Below, piece by piece: positions 48,936 through 60,139 of a stretch of 64,000 bases of DNA; position 1 is the stretch's first letter, and every line of letters starts with the position of its first letter. The DNA comes from Lophium mytilinum. Its lineage: Eukaryota. Made by a program: the position numbers and the translations under genes. A model generated the notes under the pieces. That model was not told where the DNA came from. It did no database searches and saw only the letters and a list, made by a program, of their open reading frames with translations. The stretch is taken from the NCBI GenBank assembly GCA_010093605.1, contig MU004198.1:1056726-1120725 (forward strand), written 5' to 3'.

Positions 48936-50076
48936 CTATTTAGCCAACTCTTGATACCAAGCAGCAGAGAGATCACGCCACTTGTCACGATTGCTAGCCC
49001 ACTTAGTTTCCATCTCCTTAGTCTTATCTACTAAGTCTCGGACATGTGCCCGCTTTTCCCTGCAAATCGCTTCGTGCGTGTGGAACCCAGCTTTGTCGTG
49101 TCGGCGATCGAACACACTCTGGTTGTTCCAAAGCTTGTTGAACGCTTCTGCGGCTTTCTCTAAAGCTACGACGCATTCTGCTCTATCTTTGGCAGCAAGA
49201 CGGTGGTAATTGGAGGCAGTCATCGCATGAATTGCGGCTTTGCCATACGCATCAGCCGTCATCTTGGCCTTCTCGCGACGCCAGTCCGTTCCAGCTGCAT
49301 ACCTCGGCATTCCGTCTAGATACTCACGATGCCTCGAGGGATGATCCATCAGGAGCACCCCACGGCACTTCCTCTGCTTCAGTGCGGGCTTTGCGACCTT
49401 GCCGAGCCAAGTTCTCAGCACGTTCAAACGCTTGAGAAGCAGCGTCGCGGAGCGAGAAAGCGTGGAGGACTTCTAGCTCTGGGGGCATGGCTGACGCGCT
49501 GGGCTTTGGGTCACTGTTTGCAGAATCAGTGCTCGGCTTTGGGAAGCCGAAATTGACGTTGGCCCATTGCTTTTGAAACTTTGAACCAGCTTCTGAAGGG
49601 GTATTCGTTGAAGTACCTGTTTTAGGAGCACCTCCTTGGGAATGAAAGCTAGAGGACGCGAATCCGGAGGAAGCATTCCTAGAGACTTTCTCCTTAGGTG
49701 GTGCATGAGATTTGGTCCCAAAAGAAGCGAATCGTGAGGGGCGAGGGTCTGGGCTAGCTGGCCTGGGAACTCGTGGGCTACCCCCAGTCTGGGATTCGGA
49801 AGAATCGTGCTTAGAAGCTGTCTTTGCTGAAGCCGCTGATGTATGGGGTGCTGGGGTACGGTTGAGCTCAGCGCGTTCGGTGTCGTCCTTCAGCAAATCA
49901 TAAGCGGCCTGCACTTGCCGGAACCTTTCTTGTCCCTCTGCACGTTTAGCCGGATCTTGTTTCTTATCTGGGTGATTGAGGAGCACCAGTCGCTTATATG
50001 CTCTTCGAATGTCGTTTTGGTCGGCATTGCGCGGGATGCCTAGGACGGCCCAGGGGTCGGAAGAGTGAAAGGGCAT
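48936..50076 (-). pseudogene. J-domain (DnaJ) protein paralogue 3, apparently frameshifted near 49330-49400
   Basis: DPWAVLGI..IRRAYKRLVLLNHPDKKQDP..FRQVQAAYDLLKD in ORF 49324-50076. The C-terminal helical domain resembling paralogues 1 and 2 (VALE.., AGFHTHE, W-rich end) lies in the overlapping frame 48936-49427. Confidence 0.7.
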
Positions 50077-50659
50077 GGTGGTGTGGGGGCTGACGTTGCA
50101 CTTCCGCGGCGACGAGGCGATCAGGAATGATCGACTTGAAGGCGTCTATATACGTTGCTTGAGCATAGGTGAAAGTAGGAATATCTATATGATCATGTGA
50201 CTAAATCATGCGCATTGTGCAGAGATAGTGAGTGCTACAAGGTTGGGATGCATTTGGGATAACTTTCACTACGGCCAGAAGTGATGTATTGTTGACTATG
50301 TGGTTGAGGGTACGTCTCGCTATATTTTGTTCTATTCTAGAGCAGTATTATTCTATTCGAGACAGCAACGCCCTTTGCATCATGCTTATTTCGTAGTTAC
50401 CCTGATTAAACAAGCATTCATGGCTGCCCATTACAATGATTCAGCTAGCCATGCCGTAGAACAACTCTATGTATTGGCTGCTGTTGCGGATGCGCGAGGT
50501 GGATTCTTTCCTTCACTGGTGTCTACCACTGGCCCCACGTTACACGTGATTTTGGCGCTAGCGTGGGGCTAGCATAGCCGAATGCTGATGGGATGAAATG
50601 ACCTCGGCGCCAAGCCTATCAACCTCAAATCGTAACATGTAGTCGGTATATTTTGACTC

Positions 50660-51030
50660 TATCAACACACTTCAGACAGTACCAACTACATGTTAATGCC
50701 CAGTGAATCAAACTTGTCATAAATGAACCCTCACGCCTTGAACATGCTTTGCAAGGTTTTCAATCGCTTTCAAGACCCCTCAGACGGTACCATCACCCTG
50801 CCAACCCCTCACAAATCACCCCTATTAGATATGAACCCGCGCGGTTATGAGACCCTACGCTGGATTCCGTGACACCTTCGGGACAACTCAAACGGTGTTA
50901 CACAGCTGGTGAAGGCTTGGACGTGAATTTTGTAATATTTGAGTCCTCGTGCTTCTAACGTGGTGTTGTGCAGATTCTGCCTTCCAAGACCACTCCAGAC
51001 GGTACTGACTCCCTGCCAACCCGTCGTAGA
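50660..51030. repeat. Degenerate ~108-bp tandem repeat
   Basis: CA(G/A)AC(G/A)GT motif at 50673, 50781, 50889 and 50996. CCCTGCCAACCC follows two of the units. Confidence 0.6.
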
Positions 51031-52255
51031 TTATCCCTGTATATATCCACAAGCCCTCGTGCTCCTAACATTATTCACTCGTGGTTTCGGTTCTTAGTTC
51101 GCAGAAATAGATTTAGTTTTTTTGGCCCTCTTCCGAAGTATCAATCCTTCGCTCCCAGTAAATCTCCAATTCCACGTGACCACGTCTACGAAGGACCTCA
51201 ACTCGGTGCCATTCCGTCCGGATCCTGGCCTGGCAGCAAAGATATCAGAGCAAGTTTACTCGTGGTACGCCCATTTCACAAAGATAGTCTCGCTGTGAAT
51301 TCGTGATCTGAAAGGCACGACGGCATAAGTGAGCGGGGTCTGGTCAGGGCTCTACGACAACCCCTTTTCCCTCTCTTGAATCTAGATAGCCGCAATAATG
51401 TGCCAGCCGGGGTATCGGGGCAGCATGTGGTCGTCTAACGGGTGGCGCTGAAGTACTATTCAGGTAGTCAAGCCACCTCTGTCGGCCTGGTCAAGTTATG
51501 GCTGCATCTGCTCCGCTCCTCATACTGACAGCGTTGAAACTCGACTTGGTATCCAGAATCGTATCGATGAGCGCTAGAGAGCCATTTTGAATAGCGCTCC
51601 GTGCAGTCTTGAGCTTGTCTTTGCCACTTCATCAAGCCGGCGCTGACGGTGGCAACTAGCAGCCAAAATAAGTTGAAGTTAGGTCGACTTCGTAGCATGA
51701 TGCCTTGATGCTGACGATCGCGCCTCCAATTCATGTAACCGTGCGAGCGTGGCCTATATAAGGCCGCCTTTAATGCAGCCGTGAACAATTCCTTGCACAC
51801 TCAACCCAGCTCCAAAGCGGCAAGCAGGACCCATAGCAAGACCATACTTCGTCGGATTCACGCTCCCGTGGCTGCTGCCTTCAGACAGGTGGCCTCGATG
51901 AGAGCGTAGGACTGAAACGGCCCTCTTCTTGACCTATCTCCGAAGGGGGGTGAGTCGGACGTTCACGTGCGTGACTTTCACACTGCACGGACTCTCTCCC
52001 GACGTCCTCTTAACTCTTCATCCTCCTCGCCCTCGCAACCTCCTTCCTCCAACAACCACCACCGCCCGCACAGTAAGTCAACAACGATCCTCTTCGTCTT
52101 CACCAAGCCCTCGTCTTTGTGAAGCTGACCCCCCCTCGCAAGCAAGCTCTTCTTCGCCCAGCAGACTCTTCTGCGCACAAAAAGGTTCTTCCTCACCGAA
52201 CGAACACCACAACACCACAACACCACCCCATCTCACCGCCACACCATCACCAACA

Positions 52256-53131
52256 ATGCCTCCCAAGAAACAGAAGACCCAGCATACCCAGCATACCCAG
52301 CAGAGGGTAAGAACGGTCGTCGACAGAGCGAAGTTCCACCCCCTCCTCGTCGACATCGTCGCCCGCATCGTTCAGATCGACCAGCTCGGCGGCTCCTGTG
52401 TCCCCATGGACGCAGACAAGTGCCACTACGAGTTCTGTACACCGGCCGACCGCAACAAGGCCCGCGACGCCGGCTTCCCCACCGCCCGCCTCGCCATCAC
52501 CCATACCCTGTACCCGCACACCAAGCCGAGCAACGAGACCGAGGAGCCCCCCAAGCAGCCGCCGCCAGACGTGCGCGTCATCTACATCCCCGAGCGTCGA
52601 CGCGAGGACTACAAGAACCTCGACAGAAGCACCCTCGCCCCGCGCCAGATCGGCACCATCGGCATCGCTCTGCGTGCCTCCCCGTTCGTCCAGTTTCCAG
52701 CCGGCCTGTTCGCCGACGCGGTCTGCATGGGGCACAAAGTCGTCCGCACCATGTTCGAACCGTTCGCCCGCATGGTCCTCGAGGCCGCGCCGCACTTGCA
52801 CATTGATGCCATGTTGCTGTACATACCACTATTCGTCCCAACCACGGACGTCGCCAGCACGGCCGACAAGAATGGGTACGGGTTGGAGAAGGATGTGTGG
52901 GTGACGAGGCGGGACGATGCCCTCAAAGTAATCCGCGATACGGTCGCCGATGCAGGGAGCGAAAAGGCCAAGAAGGAGCTCTTGGAGAGGAAGGACACGC
53001 TGCAGGCGCTAAGGCGCTACATTGGGGAGATTCTTGCTGCGCCGGTGGAGGAAGAGGAGGACTCCGACGAGGAGAAGGAGAAGGCAGCGGAGAAGAATGA
53101 GGACGTGGCAATGAAGGACGTTGCCGAGTAG
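52256..53131 (+). CDS. Uncharacterised 'APHL-domain' protein, paralogue F (most divergent)
   Basis: MPPKKQK..LLVDIVARI..CHY..VIYIP..ALRASPF..ADAVCMG..VLEAAPHLHIDAMLLYIPLF..TTDV..RRDDALK, acidic tail. The ORF is open upstream to 51929, but that part contains splice-like signals. Confidence 0.7.
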   Translation: MPPKKQKTQHTQHTQQRVRTVVDRAKFHPLLVDIVARIVQIDQLGGSCVPMDADKCHYEFCTPADRNKARDAGFPTARLAITHTLYPHTKPSNETEEPPKQPPPDVRVIYIPERRREDYKNLDRSTLAPRQIGTIGIALRASPFVQFPAGLFADAVCMGHKVVRTMFEPFARMVLEAAPHLHIDAMLLYIPLFVPTTDVASTADKNGYGLEKDVWVTRRDDALKVIRDTVADAGSEKAKKELLERKDTLQALRRYIGEILAAPVEEEEDSDEEKEKAAEKNEDVAMKDVAE

Positions 53132-53814
53132 GTGGAGATACAGAGCCCAAATCGCGCCTGTTTCGCCTTCTCTTTGCCTGTTGGAAGGGAACGTGTGGGT
53201 GGCGTCGATGTGGTTTGCGGCATGGCAAATAGATCAAGAGCACGGTTTGATTTGGAGCGTCTGATAAATTCCTTCGGTTTTTGATTGCGATTCCGAGCCG
53301 ATTTCCGGGGTTTTTGGAGTGTCGATAAGGACGCCGGGGGCCTCGCGATTCGTAGACTAGCAAGCAGAACGACCGCAATCAAAATCTGATTCATGACCCG
53401 CCCGTCCGAGCGTGGTGTTTTGGTAGTGCATAAAGCTGTCGTTTGGATGCGGCATGCCGAACCCAGATAATCCGTATAATGTTTTTGGGTGCGTCCATCA
53501 CGTGTTGAGAGCCTCGATATGTTGCAAGGAGCTCCACGTTCATGCCTCTTGATGGTTGTTTTAGTCCTCTTTATTTTCTAAACGCTGAGCAATACGCGGC
53601 TATAGGCAATGATGTTTGTTGACAATAACGGTGCCTGCCAAATGTTAGCCTGGAACTTCTTAATTTCAATATGCCTGCCGGTGCCTGAGGTGCTCCTTTG
53701 AGTTAAACCAGAGCCGAACAAGATGTCATGTTCTACAGCATCAAGACTGGACCAATGGTGGATCCGATATGTTCTCTCCAGCTTTTAGGCTAATGCCCCA
53801 AGCTTGGTAGTACG

Positions 53815-54600
53815 GAAGATTTGTTCTTCGAAGTGCTTGCCAGTTTTTGGGGTACCCCCATGAATCGCAACGAAACTGGACAAAATGTAACATTCTGTAA
53901 CGTTGAGATTGAACCATTCGTTATTTTGACATGTTGTTTCTAGCATTTCAAGCTTACAGCCAAGATCGGTAGCAAGGAGGCTTCGTTCTTCGAAAAGTTT
54001 GCCAGCGTTTGGGGTGTTCCAACTGGCCGCCACAAAGTCGAACAAGACGTAAAACCTAAAACCTTCAAATTAGACCCGTGCTTAAATTGCCGGCCCCTGG
54101 CGGGTCTGTAGCATGAGTGTTCCGGGGCTCTATAAGTCATCGGATTGATATGTTCCTTTTGAATAAGGGATGCCACTGTGCGAGGTGTTCCGACGGGCTG
54201 CCGCAAAATCGAAGATAATGTAAAAATTTGGAACCTTTAAATTGGACCTGTGCATAGACTTTGGCTTCCACTCGATTTCTTGCATGGGAGCCCGAGACTA
54301 TAGATATTGACGGCCTCGGATGATACTTTTGAATGAGGGTTGCCAGCGTCTGGGGTGCTCTTCAAGGCCGCCGCAAATTGGAACAATTTGTAATAACCTA
54401 CAACCTGTAAACCGGACTTGTGCTAAGATTTTCGTTTATAGACGGCTGTTTTTTATCAGGAGAAGCCCGGTGCTATAGGTATCGTCGGGTTGGAATGTCT
54501 CTTTTGAATGGGGTCCGGCAGTGTTTGGGGTGTTGCTACAGGCCGCCGCGAAACGGAATAATATGTTGTACCCTAACTATGTAAATTAGACTGTTATTCA
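53815..54600. repeat. Degenerate ~170-bp tandem repeat (5 units, one more copy near 55135)
   Basis: (CTTTTGAAT)..TGCCAGCGTTTGGGGTG..GGCCGCCGCAAA..GAAC..TGTAA..AAATT(A/G)GAC consensus, with TGCC-like anchors at 53838, 54000, 54171, 54341 and 54516. Confidence 0.8.
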
Positions 54601-54634
54601 AGTTCTCGTCTTTGAGGTCTCCTACTTGACGATT

Positions 54635-54856
54635 ATGAAGAACATAGGGTGGCTCGCGGTGAGAGCCTTAAAGATCGCCAAGGCAGCCATCCGCCATAAT
54701 CTCTACGCGGAAAAAGAGATTGACACCGCCATCCGCACAATCCTCAACCAGATGTTGCGCGCCTATAAGCTCGACGAGGGTGAAGTGGCTGTCATTGGCG
54801 ACACTATTGCTAGTCAGCTCAATCATGTGGAGCGCGAGTATCGGAGTGTACGTTGA
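54635..54856 (+). CDS. Possible small helical hypothetical protein or gene fragment
   Basis: Amphipathic, coding-like 73-aa ORF directly after the 170-bp array. No family motif. Confidence 0.25.
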   Translation: MKNIGWLAVRALKIAKAAIRHNLYAEKEIDTAIRTILNQMLRAYKLDEGEVAVIGDTIASQLNHVEREYRSVR

Positions 54857-56884
54857 TACCCTCATTTGCGTAGGTCGCGCTAACCAAGGGTCATATAGCT
54901 ATCTGAAGAAGTCGAAGAAGTCTTGCGAGAGTTCACCTAGGGACGACACCACACATGTTATCCGGAACCACTCGTCGGCGCCACGATGACATCAGACCAA
55001 TGTCTGTCTGCCTGATCAAGAACTGAGAGAGGAGGATTCAGAGTCATAGCTAGTTGGGGACGGAATCGTATTTCGCAAGAGAGCTGACTAGCTGTAGACA
55101 CTGCCGCCTTGAATCGTGCCGTTTGGAGCAGGATGCCAGCGTTAGGGGTGCTCCGATGGATGACCTAGAAATTGGCCAAAACGTTACGGTCCACCTATAA
55201 GTCTAGTATGGAACTGGTGAGGCTCATTCTGGACACTTGAGGCGCTGAGTTGCTTGTGAGGATGACGGTATGAGGGCTCCAGGTACAAGGCTCTTGTCCA
55301 ATACTCATCTGTCAGTTTTGAAGGACAGTAGCGTGAGGTTTAGACACACCTATACTTAGCGCTCCGCTCAACCCTTGTATCTGGACCAACGAAGTTTGAG
55401 GCCGCTTTCTTGTGGGCATGGCGACGTTCGACAGATCACGGTTCCGTTTCTTAGTGGTCAGACCAGTCCCCCTTCTGTGGGATATGAGGCTGTGATGTGA
55501 CGTGTAGACGTACCTGCCCTCAGCTCCTCTCGGGGGAAGTCCTTGTTTATTATATCACCCAAATCAACGACCCTCAGCGGGGGGGTTTTCGGGAGTATAC
55601 CAGCTTACTGGAGTCGCATAGGCCGCCTAGCTGCTTGCCTGCAGTATTTCGCTTTCGATCAGGCTTGGGTTGTCGGTCTAGCGAGTCAATCTGGCTGTCC
55701 TCAGTCAGCCATAGTCTCGGCCAATCCAAGGACAGGCCATTGTTTGCCGGGGTTGCATTTGTCGGGGTCTTCTTGACTGTGAAAGTTCATGTGGGTTGTA
55801 TCGGGCGTTCCGGATCGTTCAGTGTTCGGCGGGCTAGAGGCGGAGAGGCGCACGATCAGGAGAATCGAAATCAATATCGCGTCCACTCGGAGGCGGCCAA
55901 GAAGCGCATAAGAAATAGGTCATGTAGAGGATCTCTAGGTATCAGTACTGGTCAGTGGGGTAAAACAATCGCCCTCGCTTTGGTGGTAGATCTACTTACT
56001 GGCCATACCCACGAGTCGCGACGTCGCGCTTATCGGCTTCAACTGCTCCTTTTCGTGATATCAGCAGCGTGGATGAACTCATTCATGAATGCGCTGCGTC
56101 TATGGAAGCCTTGTTGTCCTTCTGAGAGAGCCGCGAAGTTGTGCAGCCTCGTCGGAGCAAAGACGAGGCTTGACTCGAAAGCCGAGTAGAAGGCTTTGGA
56201 TGAGGGGGCAGCAATGGCAGAGAAGGGCCCGAGAGCGTGCGACGATGCTCGAAACTACTAGAGCAAGCACTCTGGCTATGCGATGCCGTGATCGCGTGAG
56301 GGAGTGTTGCTTTGTTGATGATCAAGCTTTACAATGCGCTTCAAGCGGGGCCCAAGTAGAAGGCGGTCGACGACAGATACGTCGCCGATTCTCTAGCTAT
56401 CGTCCGAATTTCCTAGAGTAATGAGTAGATCATAGGCATTGCCAGACCGAGACGAGGTGCCAGGCGGGAAGGAGTTTTTCTGAGCAGCTGTCGCGGGGAT
56501 GGGGAACTTTACGTTTTCTCGCAAGGACGATCTACAACCTTGAGTTGGTACGCCCAAAACTCCATCCCCGTCTTCCATCCCTGATCCAATCTCAATCGAT
56601 TTAAAGTCGAAGCTGCCTGCCATAGCAATTTAAAGCAATTCACGAAGACTTGACGATATCAGCTCACAGGAAAGACAACTTGCACACTTTTTGTGTATTT
56701 GAGGTTTGTTATTGTTACTATTATTCATTGGGACAATCTCGGAAAAATGACAACATTGCAAGCTATCGTATAACATCCTCAGATGCCGAAATAGAGTGCT
56801 CATGTGAACGCGACTAGCTGAATATCAGCAGATCACGGGACGCTATGAGCCACTGAACTGGAAGAGTCAGGAGAGAGAAGATAC

Positions 56885-58720
56885 TTACGGAAACAGTGAG
56901 TCTGAATCGCTATCAGCTTCATCGTCATCAACGGCATGTCTATTCCGCTTCGCCGGCGCAGCATCGAGAGGATCTTCGACGATATTAGCACCCGCTTTCT
57001 TTGCTTCGCATATTGCTAGCGCCCAAGCTCCTACATTCGCAACTGCATCCGTCATGTTCTTATGTTGGAGGAGAAAGTTCTGCAGTTCAGCAGGCGTAAT
57101 CTCATCTTCTGGAATGCTCTCGGCAAAGAGACGAGCGGCCTGTCGCAGCTTGACATTTTCGCCATCGTTATCAATGAGAATGAGTGGCCCGTCTTGCGCC
57201 CGGTGGAGGTCCTCTGCGGACTTAGCGAACATGCGTATGAAGATGCTAGAAGCCACTTTCCGATCGACATGGCCGAAGTAGACTTGGCGGTCGATACGAC
57301 CGGGGCGTATCAACGCGGCATCGAGGCTTTCGGGGGTATTGCTAGTCATGATCAGTAGCCTACCTTCTGGAGATGAGGCTCCGTCGATGGCATTAAGAAC
57401 ACCGCTTAATGTGAGGAAGGTGTTCTTTCGCTTAGTCGTCTTATTGTCCTTCATGTCTTCCCGCTGGATGCCTGCAGAGTCAATGTCCTCCAACAAGACG
57501 ATACACCGTTTTGGAAGCTGCTCAAAGGCACTCATGAGCGTCTCGTCGTCCATCATAGTGCCAAGAATCTGGATGACGTACATATCCAGCTTGAAGTTTG
57601 CTGCTAAGGCGTTGGCGAAAGACGTCTTGCCAGTTCCTGGAGGCCCGTAGAGTAGATAGCCACGGCGATGTGGTATACCCCGTTGTGCGTAGTACGGGGG
57701 GCTCCTATCTGAAAGATAGTCAGCGATCTCGGCTACGACAGACTCCTTAGCCTTTTCATTCAGATCAACTGTGGCTAGTGATCGAGCGGGCCGAACTATT
57801 GTCTTGCACCACGACATTTCGCCATTGAAGGTCCGCGGAGTTTTCTGCAAGAAGTGGATCCTGGTCGTTTTCGAGGTGTCCGGGCCGCTGAATTGCACGC
57901 ATTCGTCCAGAAATAGTCGCAAGTGCTCTGGATTCCTGCCGAAGCATGAAACTGTCAGTGTCTCTTCATTAAGGTGGGCACTCTGGGCGGACATCCCGGT
58001 CACCTCATTCTTGAACCGGAAGAGGCAACCTCGGTGCCAGAAGTATTGGCGGCCACCTTTGACAGGAAGGAAATGCACCTGACTGCGCGTTGTTTTTTCG
58101 GGTGTGGTGATATTTTCGGACTCATCTGAGTCAACGTCTTCCTCGCCATTCCTGCTATTTTCTCCGCGGCCATTGTAAGTGCGAGCGGAGAAGTGCTTTG
58201 TGGACTTGGTGCCTACATTCGTCGACACCCATTTAGACACATGGTCATACAGTGGATCCAGGTTGGTCACTGACACGGACGTCAAGAGATGTTTCTCCGC
58301 AAAAGGCCCCATCGTTTGCCATAGATGCTTACCCATCGTGTAGATCCCGCCAGCGAAAAGTGCTTTGATGACCCAAGGGGTGATGTCATGTTTGAAGTAT
58401 CGCATGGCTACAACTCGCATCGCTAGGAAGCCGGGTATCATTTGCTCTGCTAGACGAGCCGGATCAATCGAGTGAAGCACTTGCTCGGTTGCTCCTAAGG
58501 AGCTACTGCGCATTTTGTTATCTGCGAGCTTAGCGGCAAGCAATGCTGTTGTTCCCAGACCTACCTTAGGCATTAATCCAAGTCCTGCCGCCCGTATCAT
58601 AGGTTGTGACGCGAGGGAAGAACCATCTTGGCTCAACGTCGTCTCGCTTCGAGCGTCGGCCTCAAGAGCGGGGTTCGCAGAGTTCGCAGGAGCCATGCTT
58701 TCAGATGTTGTAGGAAACAT
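56885..58720 (-). CDS. BCS1-like AAA+ ATPase (BCS1_N + AAA domain)
   Basis: FLPVKGGRQYFWHRG (BCS1_N), YAQRGIPHRRGYLLYGPPGTGKTS (Walker A), VLLEDID (Walker B), LTLSGVLNAIDG and TSNTPESLDAALIRPGRID (SRH). Probably a paralogue rather than the canonical mitochondrial BCS1. Confidence 0.92.
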   Translation of the reverse strand: MFPTTSESMAPANSANPALEADARSETTLSQDGSSLASQPMIRAAGLGLMPKVGLGTTALLAAKLADNKMRSSSLGATEQVLHSIDPARLAEQMIPGFLAMRVVAMRYFKHDITPWVIKALFAGGIYTMGKHLWQTMGPFAEKHLLTSVSVTNLDPLYDHVSKWVSTNVGTKSTKHFSARTYNGRGENSRNGEEDVDSDESENITTPEKTTRSQVHFLPVKGGRQYFWHRGCLFRFKNEVTGMSAQSAHLNEETLTVSCFGRNPEHLRLFLDECVQFSGPDTSKTTRIHFLQKTPRTFNGEMSWCKTIVRPARSLATVDLNEKAKESVVAEIADYLSDRSPPYYAQRGIPHRRGYLLYGPPGTGKTSFANALAANFKLDMYVIQILGTMMDDETLMSAFEQLPKRCIVLLEDIDSAGIQREDMKDNKTTKRKNTFLTLSGVLNAIDGASSPEGRLLIMTSNTPESLDAALIRPGRIDRQVYFGHVDRKVASSIFIRMFAKSAEDLHRAQDGPLILIDNDGENVKLRQAARLFAESIPEDEITPAELQNFLLQHKNMTDAVANVGAWALAICEAKKAGANIVEDPLDAAPAKRNRHAVDDDEADSDSDSLFP

Positions 58721-60139
58721 AATCTGTGAGTGTGAGCTTGGATCCAGAGCAGCAGAAACGCGAAGCTAAGTGTCTGATATGGTGTTCCTGAGCTTGGGAA
58801 TCTGTATTCTGTAATCTGTGATGCATCAGGAGGTGCGAATTGTGCTTAAATACCTCTCTACGCTGGTGCACAATGCACAACAATGTAAGAGTAGTTAAGC
58901 TTACCTGATTGTGAAAATGGTTTCCAAAACGCCTATCATCACAATGACCTTGAAGTTGAATAGACACTGTTTAGTAGGTAGTGGGTGGTTCCCTAACGAC
59001 TAAGGTAATTCATTATTGTTTCGGCAATTTTCACAGGATTAATAAGAGCCACTTAGAGTTTATCACCATAAATCAGACTCCTTTATAGCCTCAGAAATTT
59101 GATGTATAATGTCAAAAGCCCGCTGAGCTTTTTTCCCCGTGACCGCCCCTCTCTCTTAGAGAAACGTCTCGCAATGTTCTCTTGAAAGCCTAGACTTATT
59201 TCTGGAATGTTCTCAAGTTCTCTGAAGTTGCTATTGAAGAAGTTCCGTACGTCCACGTAGGCGCCTGGATCTATTGACCCACTCTAAGCGTAGCTATTAT
59301 GTCTTCCTTCAGGGGAAGGCTTGCCTCCCCTCTCCCGAGCCATCCATGCTGCCAAGAGAAACCTGAGACCCCCGAATCACCACCTCCTCAAATAACAGAA
59401 GGTGGCGCCCGCAAAAGCGGATGTACTAGAGGGCTTTACACAGGCTGGCACTTAGTTGACTTCCAGGCGGCAGTCGAATAAACTTGGAAACGAAGACCTG
59501 CTATATCATGTATTTTTCGTTTAGGATTTCTCTGGCATGTGTTTTCGAGTTTTCTGATGCATTTATATCTTCTATTGGCCTCGCCAGCTCACGGAGAAAC
59601 GTACTTTCTTCTCAATCGATCCACTTCAGAACCTCTGAATGTATCGTTGAATCAATTAAGATATGCCTGACTGCTGTGCCTCGGTTTGATACATGTTCGA
59701 GCATTACCCAGCTATCACTTAAACTTCAAGAACTTTCCCGCAATCTTCCCAGGAACCGTAACATCGTATTTACATATCTAGCGGTACATCGTAAGTCTTC
59801 ACCACGCAGCATTTGAAGGGCCTCTGAAACGTCTTGCTTGGGCATTCGTATGGATTAGTGCACTTCACCAAGGTGTAATGCCAAGCAAGGTATATCACAT
59901 TATTTCGATTTGTTTCAATTCTTAGAATGCTAATGTAGCTAGTAAAACCTGTGCAAAATCACTGTCCCTTGCGCCAAAAATCCAACCATCAGAAGTCGAT
60001 CTATCATAATCCCGCAGTTAGACTTCCTCGGAGGGCTAACCAACATCGCCTAAACACTTACTATGCCGCAATGATAATAATACAAAAGAACAAAACAAGA
60101 GCAATGAAAGAAACTGGAAGGTGAAGATTTGCTAATCCA

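Noticed and set aside
55497..56421. 230-aa and 110-aa plus-strand ORFs
   Set aside because: Non-ATG starts, atypical composition and no motifs; probably spurious.
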